IMG/VR virus record: IMGVR_UViG_3300032289_002472
Location: 32,001-96,000 of that record
Strand: one strand, 5' to 3'
DNA length: 64,000 nt
Source: a virus
In this document: positions 28,113 through 37,123 of the stretch, one piece after another
How the letters are laid out: the number at the start of each line of letters is the position of its first letter
Position numbering within the stretch: position 1 is the first letter of the stretch
The notes under the pieces: model-generated
What the model saw: the letters and a program-made list of their open reading frames with translations, nothing else
Database searches by the model: none
What the model was told of the DNA's origin: nothing
Translations under genes and position numbers: made by a program

Positions 28113-28565
28113 TTAAAAACACCCAACAATTTGGTTAGATATTTTAGGTATCTTTGTTGGATGAAGCTTTAAAGAAATCGATATTGGAGATTTCCTAGAA
28201 ATAGCTGTAGATATACTTGGACTAATTTTTAGTCCGGTTGGGCAAGTGACAATAAGGTCTTGGTTGCTATTCCAAAAACCTTGAGATAAAAAATTAATAA
28301 TTAACTTAGCCTTAGACTGATTAAAAAGCTCTGCCTCAGGATAATCAAAGGGATCTCCATCAAAGCAGTTAATGCTCAAAATTTCTCTAGGACTAATCTT
28401 AAAAGCTTTCTGCAAAAGATCTGCATTGTAAAAATGTGAAGACCTCCAGCCTATTTCGCTTGAAGAAACAAAAACCACCCATGGGGGTTTCCCATGGGTG
28501 GCATTAGAATCTTGAATCGCACGATTTAGACCTTGATAACAGATAGCCTGAATCGTTCTATTCAT
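28113..28565 (-). CDS. Degenerate Cys-based (dual-specificity) phosphatase-like protein
   Basis: LSINCFD..., AKLIINFL, LIVTCPTGLKISPSIS aligns with HCxAGxSRS but lacks the Arg. Confidence 0.45.
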   Translation of the reverse strand: MNRTIQAICYQGLNRAIQDSNATHGKPPWVVFVSSSEIGWRSSHFYNADLLQKAFKISPREILSINCFDGDPFDYPEAELFNQSKAKLIINFLSQGFWNSNQDLIVTCPTGLKISPSISTAISRKSPISISLKLHPTKIPKISNQIVGCF

Positions 28566-28566
28566 C

Positions 28567-29580
28567 TTAGTAGTTAGACAATATATGATTTAGCAGAGAG
28601 TTAGATTCCGACTCATCCATCCTATGCATTGGAATAACATAGAACTGTGTCGTGGTGTCCACCTCGGGATTGTCTTGGCAATTTGGGAAGATAAAGAAAT
28701 CTCCCTTCATCTCTACCTGACAATAGTTTTCGTGATTTAGAGCGTCCTTAGATTCTGCAAGCAGAACCATGTCGTTTGTCTCACAAAGCCAATGATCATG
28801 TGAAACCCCCAACAACTCTCCAGATTCATATAGCGTGAAGTCCTCGCCAAGTCTGATTGGCTCTAAATTTAATTTAAGAGTAACACCTTCATTGGGTCCG
28901 ACCTTCAATGATCCAGCTGACTGATTCAAAATATGGCGAGTTGCCAAAGTTTTGAAATCATCAAGCTTTTCTTGAATTACTTCCTGAACAGTTATTGAAA
29001 GATCAGAAGTCTCAATGAAATCTAAGTACTTTTCTTTAATCTGTTCTTTCTGTTCAGATGTCAGCGTAAAACCCTTGTGCCTCAATTCAACAATAACATT
29101 TTCCCAAGGATTAAACATGCCGTAAACAATTGAATCAGGGTAGCCATCTTCAATTTCTTTGATCTTATTGTCAAATGCTTGAGATTCTGAAATATCTACT
29201 AGATCGGACCACTTGATTGGTTTAATCTCAAGATTTTCATCCAAATTCTCATGGACTGATTTTGACGAAATGAGATGTGTCCTAAAGTTGTCAGCAATCT
29301 GTGAAAGATCTGTGGTAAAAACCATCAACGACTTTTCAAAAGCTTCAGTAAGTTTAAAGTCACAAAGATTCTGTAACGAAATAATAATTCCTGATTCAGC
29401 TAATTTAGTGCTGATAACTGCTACAGTAGAAAGAGAAACTTCAGGAAATAATTGCTCAAATTTTTTGCTGTCAATTTCTTGCTCAAGAAATTCACTTTTA
29501 ATTTCCACTTCATAAGGAAGTATGTCTCTGGTTGTGTTCCAAAGCTGATTAAAAAGATAGTGTTTAATATTTGTTCTCAT
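28567..29580 (-). CDS. Hypothetical protein
   Basis: Long ORF; likely start MRTNIK at 29580, downstream of the terminator. Confidence 0.7.
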   Translation of the reverse strand: MRTNIKHYLFNQLWNTTRDILPYEVEIKSEFLEQEIDSKKFEQLFPEVSLSTVAVISTKLAESGIIISLQNLCDFKLTEAFEKSLMVFTTDLSQIADNFRTHLISSKSVHENLDENLEIKPIKWSDLVDISESQAFDNKIKEIEDGYPDSIVYGMFNPWENVIVELRHKGFTLTSEQKEQIKEKYLDFIETSDLSITVQEVIQEKLDDFKTLATRHILNQSAGSLKVGPNEGVTLKLNLEPIRLGEDFTLYESGELLGVSHDHWLCETNDMVLLAESKDALNHENYCQVEMKGDFFIFPNCQDNPEVDTTTQFYVIPMHRMDESESNSLLNHILSNY

Positions 29581-29585
29581 TTTGT

Positions 29586-29621
29586 AAAAGAAAAGGGAGG
29601 GGGACAAATGCCCCCCTCCCC
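29586..29621 (-). terminator. Intrinsic terminator closing the Ubl operon
   Basis: gggaggggg / ccccctccc stem plus TTTTCTTTT on the minus strand. Confidence 0.7.
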
Positions 29622-29644
29622 ATTAGTTAATCTTAATATTAAGA

Positions 29645-29848
29645 TTATTCGGCCATTTCAGCTCCGCTCGGCTTTTTGCCTGGAAGCTTCATTTGAGCCC
29701 TTTTTAAAGGCTCAAAAATTCCGACCTTAACTTTTTCGATAATCTCATCAGAGATATCGTTCGCTTCGGCGGAATTAATTAATTCTTCGACGCCAGTCAA
29801 GGCAAGCTCGACTGAACCTCTAAGACTAGATGTTGATTTTTTTCTCAT
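29645..29848 (-). CDS. Small hypothetical protein, last gene of the Ubl operon
   Basis: 67-aa ORF between JAB and the terminator. Confidence 0.55.
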   Translation of the reverse strand: MRKKSTSSLRGSVELALTGVEELINSAEANDISDEIIEKVKVGIFEPLKRAQMKLPGKKPSGAEMAE

Positions 29849-29854
29849 ATTTTT

Positions 29855-31048
29855 CTAATAGTAGCCGTACATTCCGTCATAGCTTCGAGCCATTAAATAC
29901 TTGCGCTCGTTAATCCACGACTCAATTGTATCGGCAAGTTTCTCTTTTGAGATGCCCCATGTAGCTAAAATATTAGCGTCCACAGCGGTAAGCACCTCAA
30001 GTTTCGTTTCATCTAACTGATGGTCGAAAGTAGTCAAAATGTCACATAGCTCAGCTTGTGTCATCCTAAAGTTTCGACATATTTTATCTACTGACGGCTC
30101 CAATAGGTCTTTAGTTTGTTCCTCCCCAAGACCTAAAGAACCCTGATGGGGGCTTTGGGAATATCCCACCTTTTTCTTTTTTTTGTTTTTTTTTGAGGCT
30201 TTTTTGGACTCCCACCACTCCCAGTATGGATTTGTGGATCCAGAAGAATAATTGGAAGCATATTCAGAAGAACCTCCGTAGTTATTAACTACAGTAAAAC
30301 TCTTCTTTGGTGGCTCCACTCGATTCTTCATCCATTCTTCAATCAAGCCCTCTTCAGCCAACTCTTCAGTGTTTTGTTTCACCAAAAAATTAGTTGTATA
30401 TTCTTGAATAGCTTTAGGAGCCCTAGAACCAATGTAGTCACTGGGAATTTCGATGAAGTCACTCATCTTAACAGGACAGAAAAAGACTTGAGCTTTTTCT
30501 ACTGTCTCCTCCCCCTCCTCATTGACGACAATTTTCCCAGGAATAACTACCGTAAAACGAACGTGAACATCTACTTCTTTCTCGTCAATTTTACCAATAG
30601 TTATGTGAATACCTGGAGAATTTTGCTCATCGTTTTTGTCGGTTCCAGATTGGAATGCGCCCATATTACAGTGTGAGTGGCATGTCCCCCACTGATAATA
30701 TTTACCGCCCTCCAATACCTCATTCATTTGAGCCTGAAAGGTTTCATGGTCTGGCAACTCTTTAGTTGTCATTCCAGTATCCTTTTCTTGAGGGAAGGCC
30801 CAAGCCTTCCACTCTTTGGTAACATCACTATAAAAAAGCCTAACTTGTGCCTCAGCTTTTTCATCTTTATTTACCTTGCGAAAAAAGGAAGCAATTGTCC
30901 TCCATAGAGACAGCTTCATCTTTCCACATCTCAACTCCAATGCTGGATCTTCTTTTATTTCTTCATATTCCACAGGAAAAAACCCCGACAACTTATCGTT
31001 AATTTCTTTTTTGATTAGTGGCTTACCACTATGAATGAATAATTTCAT
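29855..31048 (-). CDS. JAB/MPN+ metallo-isopeptidase (prokaryotic JAB, PRTRC protein A-like) with C-terminal extension
   Basis: AEAQVRLFY (catalytic Glu), WGTCHSHCNMGAFQSGTDKNDE (HxH-x7-S-x2-D), GIHITIG. Confidence 0.88.
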   Translation of the reverse strand: MKLFIHSGKPLIKKEINDKLSGFFPVEYEEIKEDPALELRCGKMKLSLWRTIASFFRKVNKDEKAEAQVRLFYSDVTKEWKAWAFPQEKDTGMTTKELPDHETFQAQMNEVLEGGKYYQWGTCHSHCNMGAFQSGTDKNDEQNSPGIHITIGKIDEKEVDVHVRFTVVIPGKIVVNEEGEETVEKAQVFFCPVKMSDFIEIPSDYIGSRAPKAIQEYTTNFLVKQNTEELAEEGLIEEWMKNRVEPPKKSFTVVNNYGGSSEYASNYSSGSTNPYWEWWESKKASKKNKKKKKVGYSQSPHQGSLGLGEEQTKDLLEPSVDKICRNFRMTQAELCDILTTFDHQLDETKLEVLTAVDANILATWGISKEKLADTIESWINERKYLMARSYDGMYGYY

Positions 31049-32639
31049 TTACTTTGATACTAGAGAGGTTGACTAGGATTTTTATTTCACCACTAGAACG
31101 AGTTTTTTGATGTGTCATCTCAGATGTCTTTTTGTAGCGATCCAATTGATACTCATGGATGTTTTCGTTAAAAGAATTGGCAACATACTGTTTCACAGCA
31201 GTCTCCCCCTTCCTAATCACAAACTCAGGAACCATGACTGATTGAGTCTCTTTAGGCTCAATTGTGTATCTCTGAATAACAGGTCTCTCAACGGTTGCCG
31301 AAAAACTCACCGAAACCTTTTTCTGTAAACTATCTTTAACATCGTTGGCGTTTATCCCAAAATGATAATGACCATACATGTTAGTAACTGCTGCTGATGA
31401 ACTAACCTGAAACCCAGCAGCCATCAAAGCCTTTTTGAAATAGCTACTCCACTTGTTGTTTAGCATAGTGTCGACACCCCAAAATAAAGGAGTGCCATCC
31501 TTAGCTGCTGCAACCGCAAACTCTGATAGCCAGTCGGAATGAACCTTGTCCAAAAGAACTGCTACAAGAGGAGAAGACTTTTTAGCCAAGGCAAGAGCGA
31601 ACTCACCAAAGGATGACATGTTTTTGTACTCTGTCGATTTTAGTAGGTTCATCTTGTATGGATCTAAAAACTCAGATTTAAAGTTTTTAGCTATCATACT
31701 CAACAGTTGAGATCGTGGTTGAACAGCTACACGATTATTGGTTATTTCAGAAAACGACCTAAAAGCTATCCTCAGTTCATCTTGATCCAGAAGCTTTGAG
31801 ATTCTTTTGTGTACCTCAATTTCTTTGCCATTAATTTCCAATAGACACGTTTTTTCCAGAAGAACCCCCTGGGAATCTGTGTCAATTTCTGTAAATTTTG
31901 TGCAAAAAGAATTTTTAGCCTTGCGACAGAACGTAGTGGAAACTTTAACAGTTTTCCATTTACCGTCATGCCACAGCCAAGTGACAGACCCATTCGGCAA
32001 CAAAACCAAACCAACTTGTTCTGCGGCGGAAAAGGCCTTTACTGGAATAAAAATATTCTGGACACTAAATCGATCTATAGTCCATCTAGAGTCAAAAACC
32101 TTAAACATCTTGGTTGCATTACCCAAAACCTCGATAGCCTCAAAGAATGGAGTTCGAATAGATCCAGTGCTTTGTAGTGCTTCATTGTTTTCCGGGCCTT
32201 GAACCGTACCCACACTAAAATAACTACCATTTGGCAAGATATTTCCTGTTCCAGACAGTGATTTAATATTTTTAATCACACGAAACGGAACTAGTGGAAC
32301 AGTCGTAAGAAGCTCAATTATTTTTTGATCATAATGCTTAAACCAATGCCCAGCTGGTTGAGTTAAATAAAACAACTTTTCGCTAACTTTTGGGTTTATG
32401 GGGTAGCCACAAAAAGAAGGGTTTAAACGTTTCCTTTGTGCAGTGTAATTAACGTATGGACGATCACACAGAGTTAAACACTCAACACTATCTTCGACAA
32501 AGATGTGTTTTGAGTTTCTGAGATTTAAAGCCTCTTGTATGAAGCTTTTGCGTTCCTCCTGAACATCATGGGGTGTTCTGTATGCCAAATTCTCAAAGTA
32601 TTGACCCTGAGAAAATGGATAGACTGGTTTATTACTCAT
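31029..32639 (-). CDS. Uncharacterised 536-aa protein in the Ubl operon
   Basis: Overlaps both E1 and JAB, suggesting translational coupling; no motif recognised. Confidence 0.75.
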   Translation of the reverse strand: MSNKPVYPFSQGQYFENLAYRTPHDVQEERKSFIQEALNLRNSKHIFVEDSVECLTLCDRPYVNYTAQRKRLNPSFCGYPINPKVSEKLFYLTQPAGHWFKHYDQKIIELLTTVPLVPFRVIKNIKSLSGTGNILPNGSYFSVGTVQGPENNEALQSTGSIRTPFFEAIEVLGNATKMFKVFDSRWTIDRFSVQNIFIPVKAFSAAEQVGLVLLPNGSVTWLWHDGKWKTVKVSTTFCRKAKNSFCTKFTEIDTDSQGVLLEKTCLLEINGKEIEVHKRISKLLDQDELRIAFRSFSEITNNRVAVQPRSQLLSMIAKNFKSEFLDPYKMNLLKSTEYKNMSSFGEFALALAKKSSPLVAVLLDKVHSDWLSEFAVAAAKDGTPLFWGVDTMLNNKWSSYFKKALMAAGFQVSSSAAVTNMYGHYHFGINANDVKDSLQKKVSVSFSATVERPVIQRYTIEPKETQSVMVPEFVIRKGETAVKQYVANSFNENIHEYQLDRYKKTSEMTHQKTRSSGEIKILVNLSSIKVNEIIHS

Positions 32640-33342
32640 TTTTTAAGTCTCCTATTGTTATTGTTCCAAGCTTTGAAAAAGTATTGTTTAATTCAAGAGG
32701 CCAGAACTGTAAGGACTGAGTCTCATCTAGAGTCTTAGATTCAATCATCCAAAAATTCCAAAGATGCAAAGCATGAGAAGCTGCAAACTGATTTGCCAGT
32801 GCAGTTTGAGGAACTTCACTCAAACGCTTCTCCGTGTTACACCCATCGGCCCTAATTGGAGAGCCACTATCAGTTGTAAGAATTTCAGGATAACGGACCC
32901 TAGGATCCAGCGATGTATTTGCCCAAGCTGAGTCATAATAAAATGCTTGAGCACCTATCGTACTGTTAGCAGCAAAAATAACTTTTGCCTTGTGACGATC
33001 TGCAACGGCAAGTAAATCGCGTCGTGCAGGATGATTGTCCACAAACCCCATAATTAAAGACTTGTTCTCCGGAGAAAACGAATCGTTAATATATTCATTA
33101 AGTACATCAATAAAAATACTAGGATGTTGTTGACGATACTGTGATGCCAATGCTTCGGCCTTGTATTGACCAACAGATTCTTGAGCGAATAGTTGTCGAT
33201 CAAGATTCTTGGTCTCGAACATGTCGCCATCAACAAGCGTGATTTTACTTTTTTTGAACTGCTTAAGGTGATTAATGGTTTTAAAGAAGGATGGCAGAAA
33301 ATAGGTGCAGACTCCGCCGCACCCAACAATGTAATGATTCAT
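32632..33342 (-). CDS. E1/ThiF-family ubiquitin-activating enzyme
   Basis: IVGCGGV, LVDGDMFETKNLDRQ, KAEALA, FVDNHPAR, candidate catalytic Cys in DGCN, PQTALAN. Confidence 0.9.
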   Translation of the reverse strand: MNHYIVGCGGVCTYFLPSFFKTINHLKQFKKSKITLVDGDMFETKNLDRQLFAQESVGQYKAEALASQYRQQHPSIFIDVLNEYINDSFSPENKSLIMGFVDNHPARRDLLAVADRHKAKVIFAANSTIGAQAFYYDSAWANTSLDPRVRYPEILTTDSGSPIRADGCNTEKRLSEVPQTALANQFAASHALHLWNFWMIESKTLDETQSLQFWPLELNNTFSKLGTITIGDLKNE

Positions 33343-33445
33343 GAATTAATGGTTTGAAATGTGTTTAAAAAGAAGAAGGGTTAGTTGAGATGAAAAACAA
33401 ACAAAAACTCTCAACAAAACTACATAGTTCTGTCCCCTCCTAAAG

Positions 33446-33898
33446 TTACCAGTTATTCTCTTGATCGTCCTCGTCGTCGTCCTCTTCGTTGTCGTCTTCG
33501 TCGTCTTCAGGAACTGCATGAGATCGACTTGATGCTGATTCCAATATTTGTTCTTGGGGCTCGAACCTCTGCCCAACAGAAGCTGGCAGTGTCACGGCGC
33601 TTTCAGAACAAAAAATTGGAACCCCAAACGACATAGAGTCTTCCGCTTGAGGATCTATAAAAGATAGATATCGTGAAACAAAGCTCTTTAGAGAAAATTC
33701 TGCAGGAACTTCTAAAGACTTTTCCTCTATACCTTTAGTTAAGTCTGTGCATCGAAAAAATGACCACGTAGACCTGTAAAAAACATAATCATTGTATAAT
33801 GATAAATGACGCTCTTTTGAGGTGCTGCCAAAAACTGACTCCATTGAGACAGGCAAGGTAGGAGCCTTCAAAAGATGCTGATACAGCTCTTTACTCAT
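33446..33898 (-). CDS. Uncharacterised protein with an acidic tail, in the Ubl operon
   Basis: ATGA overlap with E2; EDDEDDNEEDDDEDD tail. Confidence 0.7.
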   Translation of the reverse strand: MSKELYQHLLKAPTLPVSMESVFGSTSKERHLSLYNDYVFYRSTWSFFRCTDLTKGIEEKSLEVPAEFSLKSFVSRYLSFIDPQAEDSMSFGVPIFCSESAVTLPASVGQRFEPQEQILESASSRSHAVPEDDEDDNEEDDDEDDQENNW

Positions 33899-34731
33899 AT
33901 TGTTGGCAATCCATCGATGAAGTAGTTACCCACCTTTTTAACAAATGTTTTTTCGTTAATATGAACCAAAGACCGAACTTGATTCTTGTTGCAGTCCCAC
34001 CCAAAAATATTGGATGCAATGGGTGCCCTGGAAACCTCAGACTCAAGAAGGTCTCTATTCATTTTGGATTCAAAGAACCAAGTAACCGCTCTTTGAATGT
34101 TTTTATCAATTTGATTGTCTGAAATACTGGCGTCAAAGTTATGCCCCATACAAATACTTCCATCATTGTAGATGTTAGGCAGACAAGGCAAATAGTTACC
34201 TAGAAGTTTATTTTCCCTAGCGTTAATCACTTGAAAAAGCAGATGACACTTCATACTGAATCCCCTTGAGTTAATCCCAGCTCGTTTAGCTCCTGAAGAG
34301 CCTCTGTGATTAATCAAAACGGCAAACAACATTTTCATCACAATATCAGACGCACTCAGTGTGTTTTGTGTGTCAACACTCCAATAAAGTTTGTCGCTAA
34401 TAGAGTCTGGATTCGACCCAGACAAGTCTGTGATTATCCTGGTTTGACTACCGTGCTCAACTAGGGAGAACTTCGTGTCAAAAATTAATCCAGGAATATG
34501 AGACCAATAAATACAGTCTCCATTATTTGAAAGAGAAAAGTGAAAGGGATGCATGGCATAAGATATTTCGCCGCGCTGGCATCCAACAGCTACATTGTAT
34601 TGAGCATAATTATCAATACTGGCAAATTTTTGATTGGCAATTTTTTGAATGACGTCGTCAACATTGTAAATAGCACTAGGGTCTAGTCGATAAACAATGT
34701 TATCTTCGCCAAGGACGATAAGAGGATTCAT
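33895..34731 (-). CDS. Prokaryotic E2 (UBC-fold, E2 family D / PRTRC protein B-like)
   Basis: LPNIYNDGSICMG with catalytic Cys; WFFESKMNRDL. Confidence 0.8.
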   Translation of the reverse strand: MNPLIVLGEDNIVYRLDPSAIYNVDDVIQKIANQKFASIDNYAQYNVAVGCQRGEISYAMHPFHFSLSNNGDCIYWSHIPGLIFDTKFSLVEHGSQTRIITDLSGSNPDSISDKLYWSVDTQNTLSASDIVMKMLFAVLINHRGSSGAKRAGINSRGFSMKCHLLFQVINARENKLLGNYLPCLPNIYNDGSICMGHNFDASISDNQIDKNIQRAVTWFFESKMNRDLLESEVSRAPIASNIFGWDCNKNQVRSLVHINEKTFVKKVGNYFIDGLPTI

Positions 34732-34751
34732 GTGATGTTATTGAATTGTTG

Positions 34752-34792
34752 AAAAAAAGAGCCCCCAAGCTCGGCGCATCGAGCTTGGGGGC
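34752..34792 (-). terminator. Intrinsic terminator or attenuator between Ubl and E2
   Basis: Perfect 13-bp stem gcccccaagctcg/cgagcttgggggc plus TCTTTTTTT on the minus strand. Confidence 0.8.
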
Positions 34793-34832
34793 AAAAAATT
34801 AATTATGAGAAATAAACTTCTCTAGATACAAA

Positions 34833-35060
34833 TTAGGCGAGAGCCTTTTCGTGGGAACGATTCTGGACAGAAACCAGATCGCCCTCCGAAAGAACCACGT
34901 CATCGGAAGCAATGCTTCCATTGACAATGTACTGGACATTGTCAGAGCTGTAGCCGAGGGCTGCAGCGATGTTGCGGTTGTTACGAAGGCAGCCGAGGTT
35001 GCTTCCATTGGGAAGCTCCAAGGTCATGCTATTACCAGCGAAGCCAATATTAACTTGCAT
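34833..35060 (-). CDS. Ubiquitin-like beta-grasp protein (75 aa)
   Basis: MQVNIGF...TLELPNGSNLG.L...YIVNG....DVVLSEGDLVSV matches the ThiS/MoaD/Ub pattern; C-terminus RSHEKALA; first gene of the E2-E1-JAB operon. Confidence 0.8.
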   Translation of the reverse strand: MQVNIGFAGNSMTLELPNGSNLGCLRNNRNIAAALGYSSDNVQYIVNGSIASDDVVLSEGDLVSVQNRSHEKALA

Positions 35061-35200
35061 GATGTTATATAGTTTTGCTTTGAACGCCAAAGCGAACGGA
35101 AGTTTTGTACTGGATCTTCAACCAAGCAGCCCCACTTTGAAACTGCTGGGCAAGTATTCGCTATTTGCGAATAGCGAATACTTGCAATAGCAATCTCAAA

Positions 35201-35452
35201 TTAGTGCGTGAACTCCAACTTAATGCCATACTTTTTGATGGCTTGCCTTAATGTCATTTTATTAACCCCTGGTTCTATTTCGGACTTATGAGTGAGGAAA
35301 AATTTGATGTGTTTACGTTCCTTTGCAGGAATAGAAGAAAGAAAAGTGGTGTAATTGGCGGAACCAGCTATGACGGCTAAAGGCTGAATAGTAACTTTAA
35401 CGTTTTGCTTCGATAGTATTTTATAAACAAACGCTTTTTCAGGCTTAGCCAT
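35201..35452 (-). CDS. Hypothetical protein
   Basis: Coupled ORF. Confidence 0.55.
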   Translation of the reverse strand: MAKPEKAFVYKILSKQNVKVTIQPLAVIAGSANYTTFLSSIPAKERKHIKFFLTHKSEIEPGVNKMTLRQAIKKYGIKLEFTH

Positions 35453-35912
35453 TTTCGTTGTTTGTCGTAATTGGCAAGTTCAAAGACTTCAAAACTAAAG
35501 CGCTTTCCTTGGTGTATATTTTCCTAGGAAACATATCGCAATGTTTTTTGGGTTTTAGTGTATCAAAGGTTTCGCCAAGCCTTCTGATATGAGAAGATCG
35601 ACGCTTTGATTGATTATTAAAATCTCTGGCCTTTTGAATCAAGTGAGGGATTAAAGTATTGTGATCAGTTTCTGTGTCAATTTGAACAGTGAAAGCTGAA
35701 AGCTCATCTGTATTGATGCTTGATAAAGTTTCTTCTGAACCCATCAAAATAGTAACGTTGCGAGTCTCAGGACGAACCTCAGGTTCTACTTCTTGTTCGT
35801 CTGTGTCTGTCAAAAACTCTCTAACGGTTTCAATGATACGTCTTCTTGTTGCTTCGTCGTTTAATTGTTGTGTTAAGATTTGTTCTAAATCTTCTAGTTT
35901 TATTTTATTCAT
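35445..35912 (-). CDS. Hypothetical protein
   Basis: Coupled ORF. Confidence 0.6.
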   Translation of the reverse strand: MNKIKLEDLEQILTQQLNDEATRRRIIETVREFLTDTDEQEVEPEVRPETRNVTILMGSEETLSSINTDELSAFTVQIDTETDHNTLIPHLIQKARDFNNQSKRRSSHIRRLGETFDTLKPKKHCDMFPRKIYTKESALVLKSLNLPITTNNENG

Positions 35913-36108
35913 AATAGTTTATCTTCCCATTCTTGGCATTTATCTCTCAATTGTTTTATATTTTCTTGAGATGGAATTAGCTCTAGCTCAGTGCAAGCCT
36001 CAAATAATTGTGCCTGACCAAAATCTCGACATAAATTTGCAGCCTCTACTGATCGAAATGTTTTTCCATTTATCCTGAAACCGTCCCACTCAAGTGCAGG
36101 GCTATACA

Positions 36109-36903
36109 TTAGTATGGAGTATCTTCGTATTCTTCAACGTAAAAAACACGTTTATCTTTTCTGCAGTCTACGATGATTCTCCAAAGTCCACCACGATATC
36201 CAATCTCCCAGTCAACATGGGGGGCTTCTTCACCAACAAACTTTTTAATAAATTTGTCGGCGACTTTTTTGCAATCGCTTCCATGCACAGAAAACTTTAT
36301 CTGTGGAGAAGAGTCTTCAGATCTTCTTCCCACCCAAGTTCTTGGGGAGTTTTCTATCCTAGCTTTACCAAGCCTAATAACTCCCAGCCTAGTCAATAAT
36401 TCTATTCCCAGCGTAGTCATGTCATCCTCCCACTGTCTTTCTATCACATCACTATCTACATAATGTGAATAAAACTCAGAAAAGGATTTTAACTGATGTT
36501 CAGAAAGTCCATTTAAAATCGTCTGTAAAGATTCTCCTTCTGCCGTCATTACCCAGGTTGAATATTCTGGCTCAAGGAGTGGGTGAATTAAAAATTGTTC
36601 AGCCCAAATTCTGAATGTCTTGGGTTTAACTAAGTTACCTGAAGAAATGTTATTTTTGACCACATTAAGCTTTGACCAAACTAAAATAGTCTCAAAGCTT
36701 TTGTATGTATCTAAAGGAATTTCTTCTTCAAAAGAAATAGGAGACCCATGTATTTTAGCACTTTTATCTAACTCAAACTCTGAGTTGTAAAACACTTGCT
36801 TTTCTTCTTCTTGAACAAGTTCATTTTCTGATTCTTCAAAAACCTCTTCTTGATTTTCTTTTTTATCTAATTCTAGATGTAACTGATCTTTTAAGTTTTT
36901 CAT
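36109..36903 (-). CDS. Hypothetical protein
   Basis: 264-aa ORF. Confidence 0.65.
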   Translation of the reverse strand: MKNLKDQLHLELDKKENQEEVFEESENELVQEEEKQVFYNSEFELDKSAKIHGSPISFEEEIPLDTYKSFETILVWSKLNVVKNNISSGNLVKPKTFRIWAEQFLIHPLLEPEYSTWVMTAEGESLQTILNGLSEHQLKSFSEFYSHYVDSDVIERQWEDDMTTLGIELLTRLGVIRLGKARIENSPRTWVGRRSEDSSPQIKFSVHGSDCKKVADKFIKKFVGEEAPHVDWEIGYRGGLWRIIVDCRKDKRVFYVEEYEDTPY

Positions 36904-37123
36904 TGTTATTTGATTGTTGTACCTGGATTTCGGGAAAAACCATATACACTCTGGCGGTCCCGCTAATACTTGCTGAAAATGCTGCGCTCGCTTCGCTTCG
37001 CTTGAATTTTCACCAAGTATTGGCGGTCCCGCAAGCTTCCGCGCCTGCGCGAAGCAGTTTAAGCCTCCTAAAATTGGCCTTCAAGTATAAACTTACGGTC
37101 TTTCTAAAATAGTTTTAAATCAT

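Noticed and set aside
29855-35060. Thiamine or molybdopterin biosynthesis (ThiF/ThiS) interpretation
   Set aside because: E2 and JAB are present, ThiG, MoaE and a sulfur donor are absent, and the Ubl lacks Gly-Gly.
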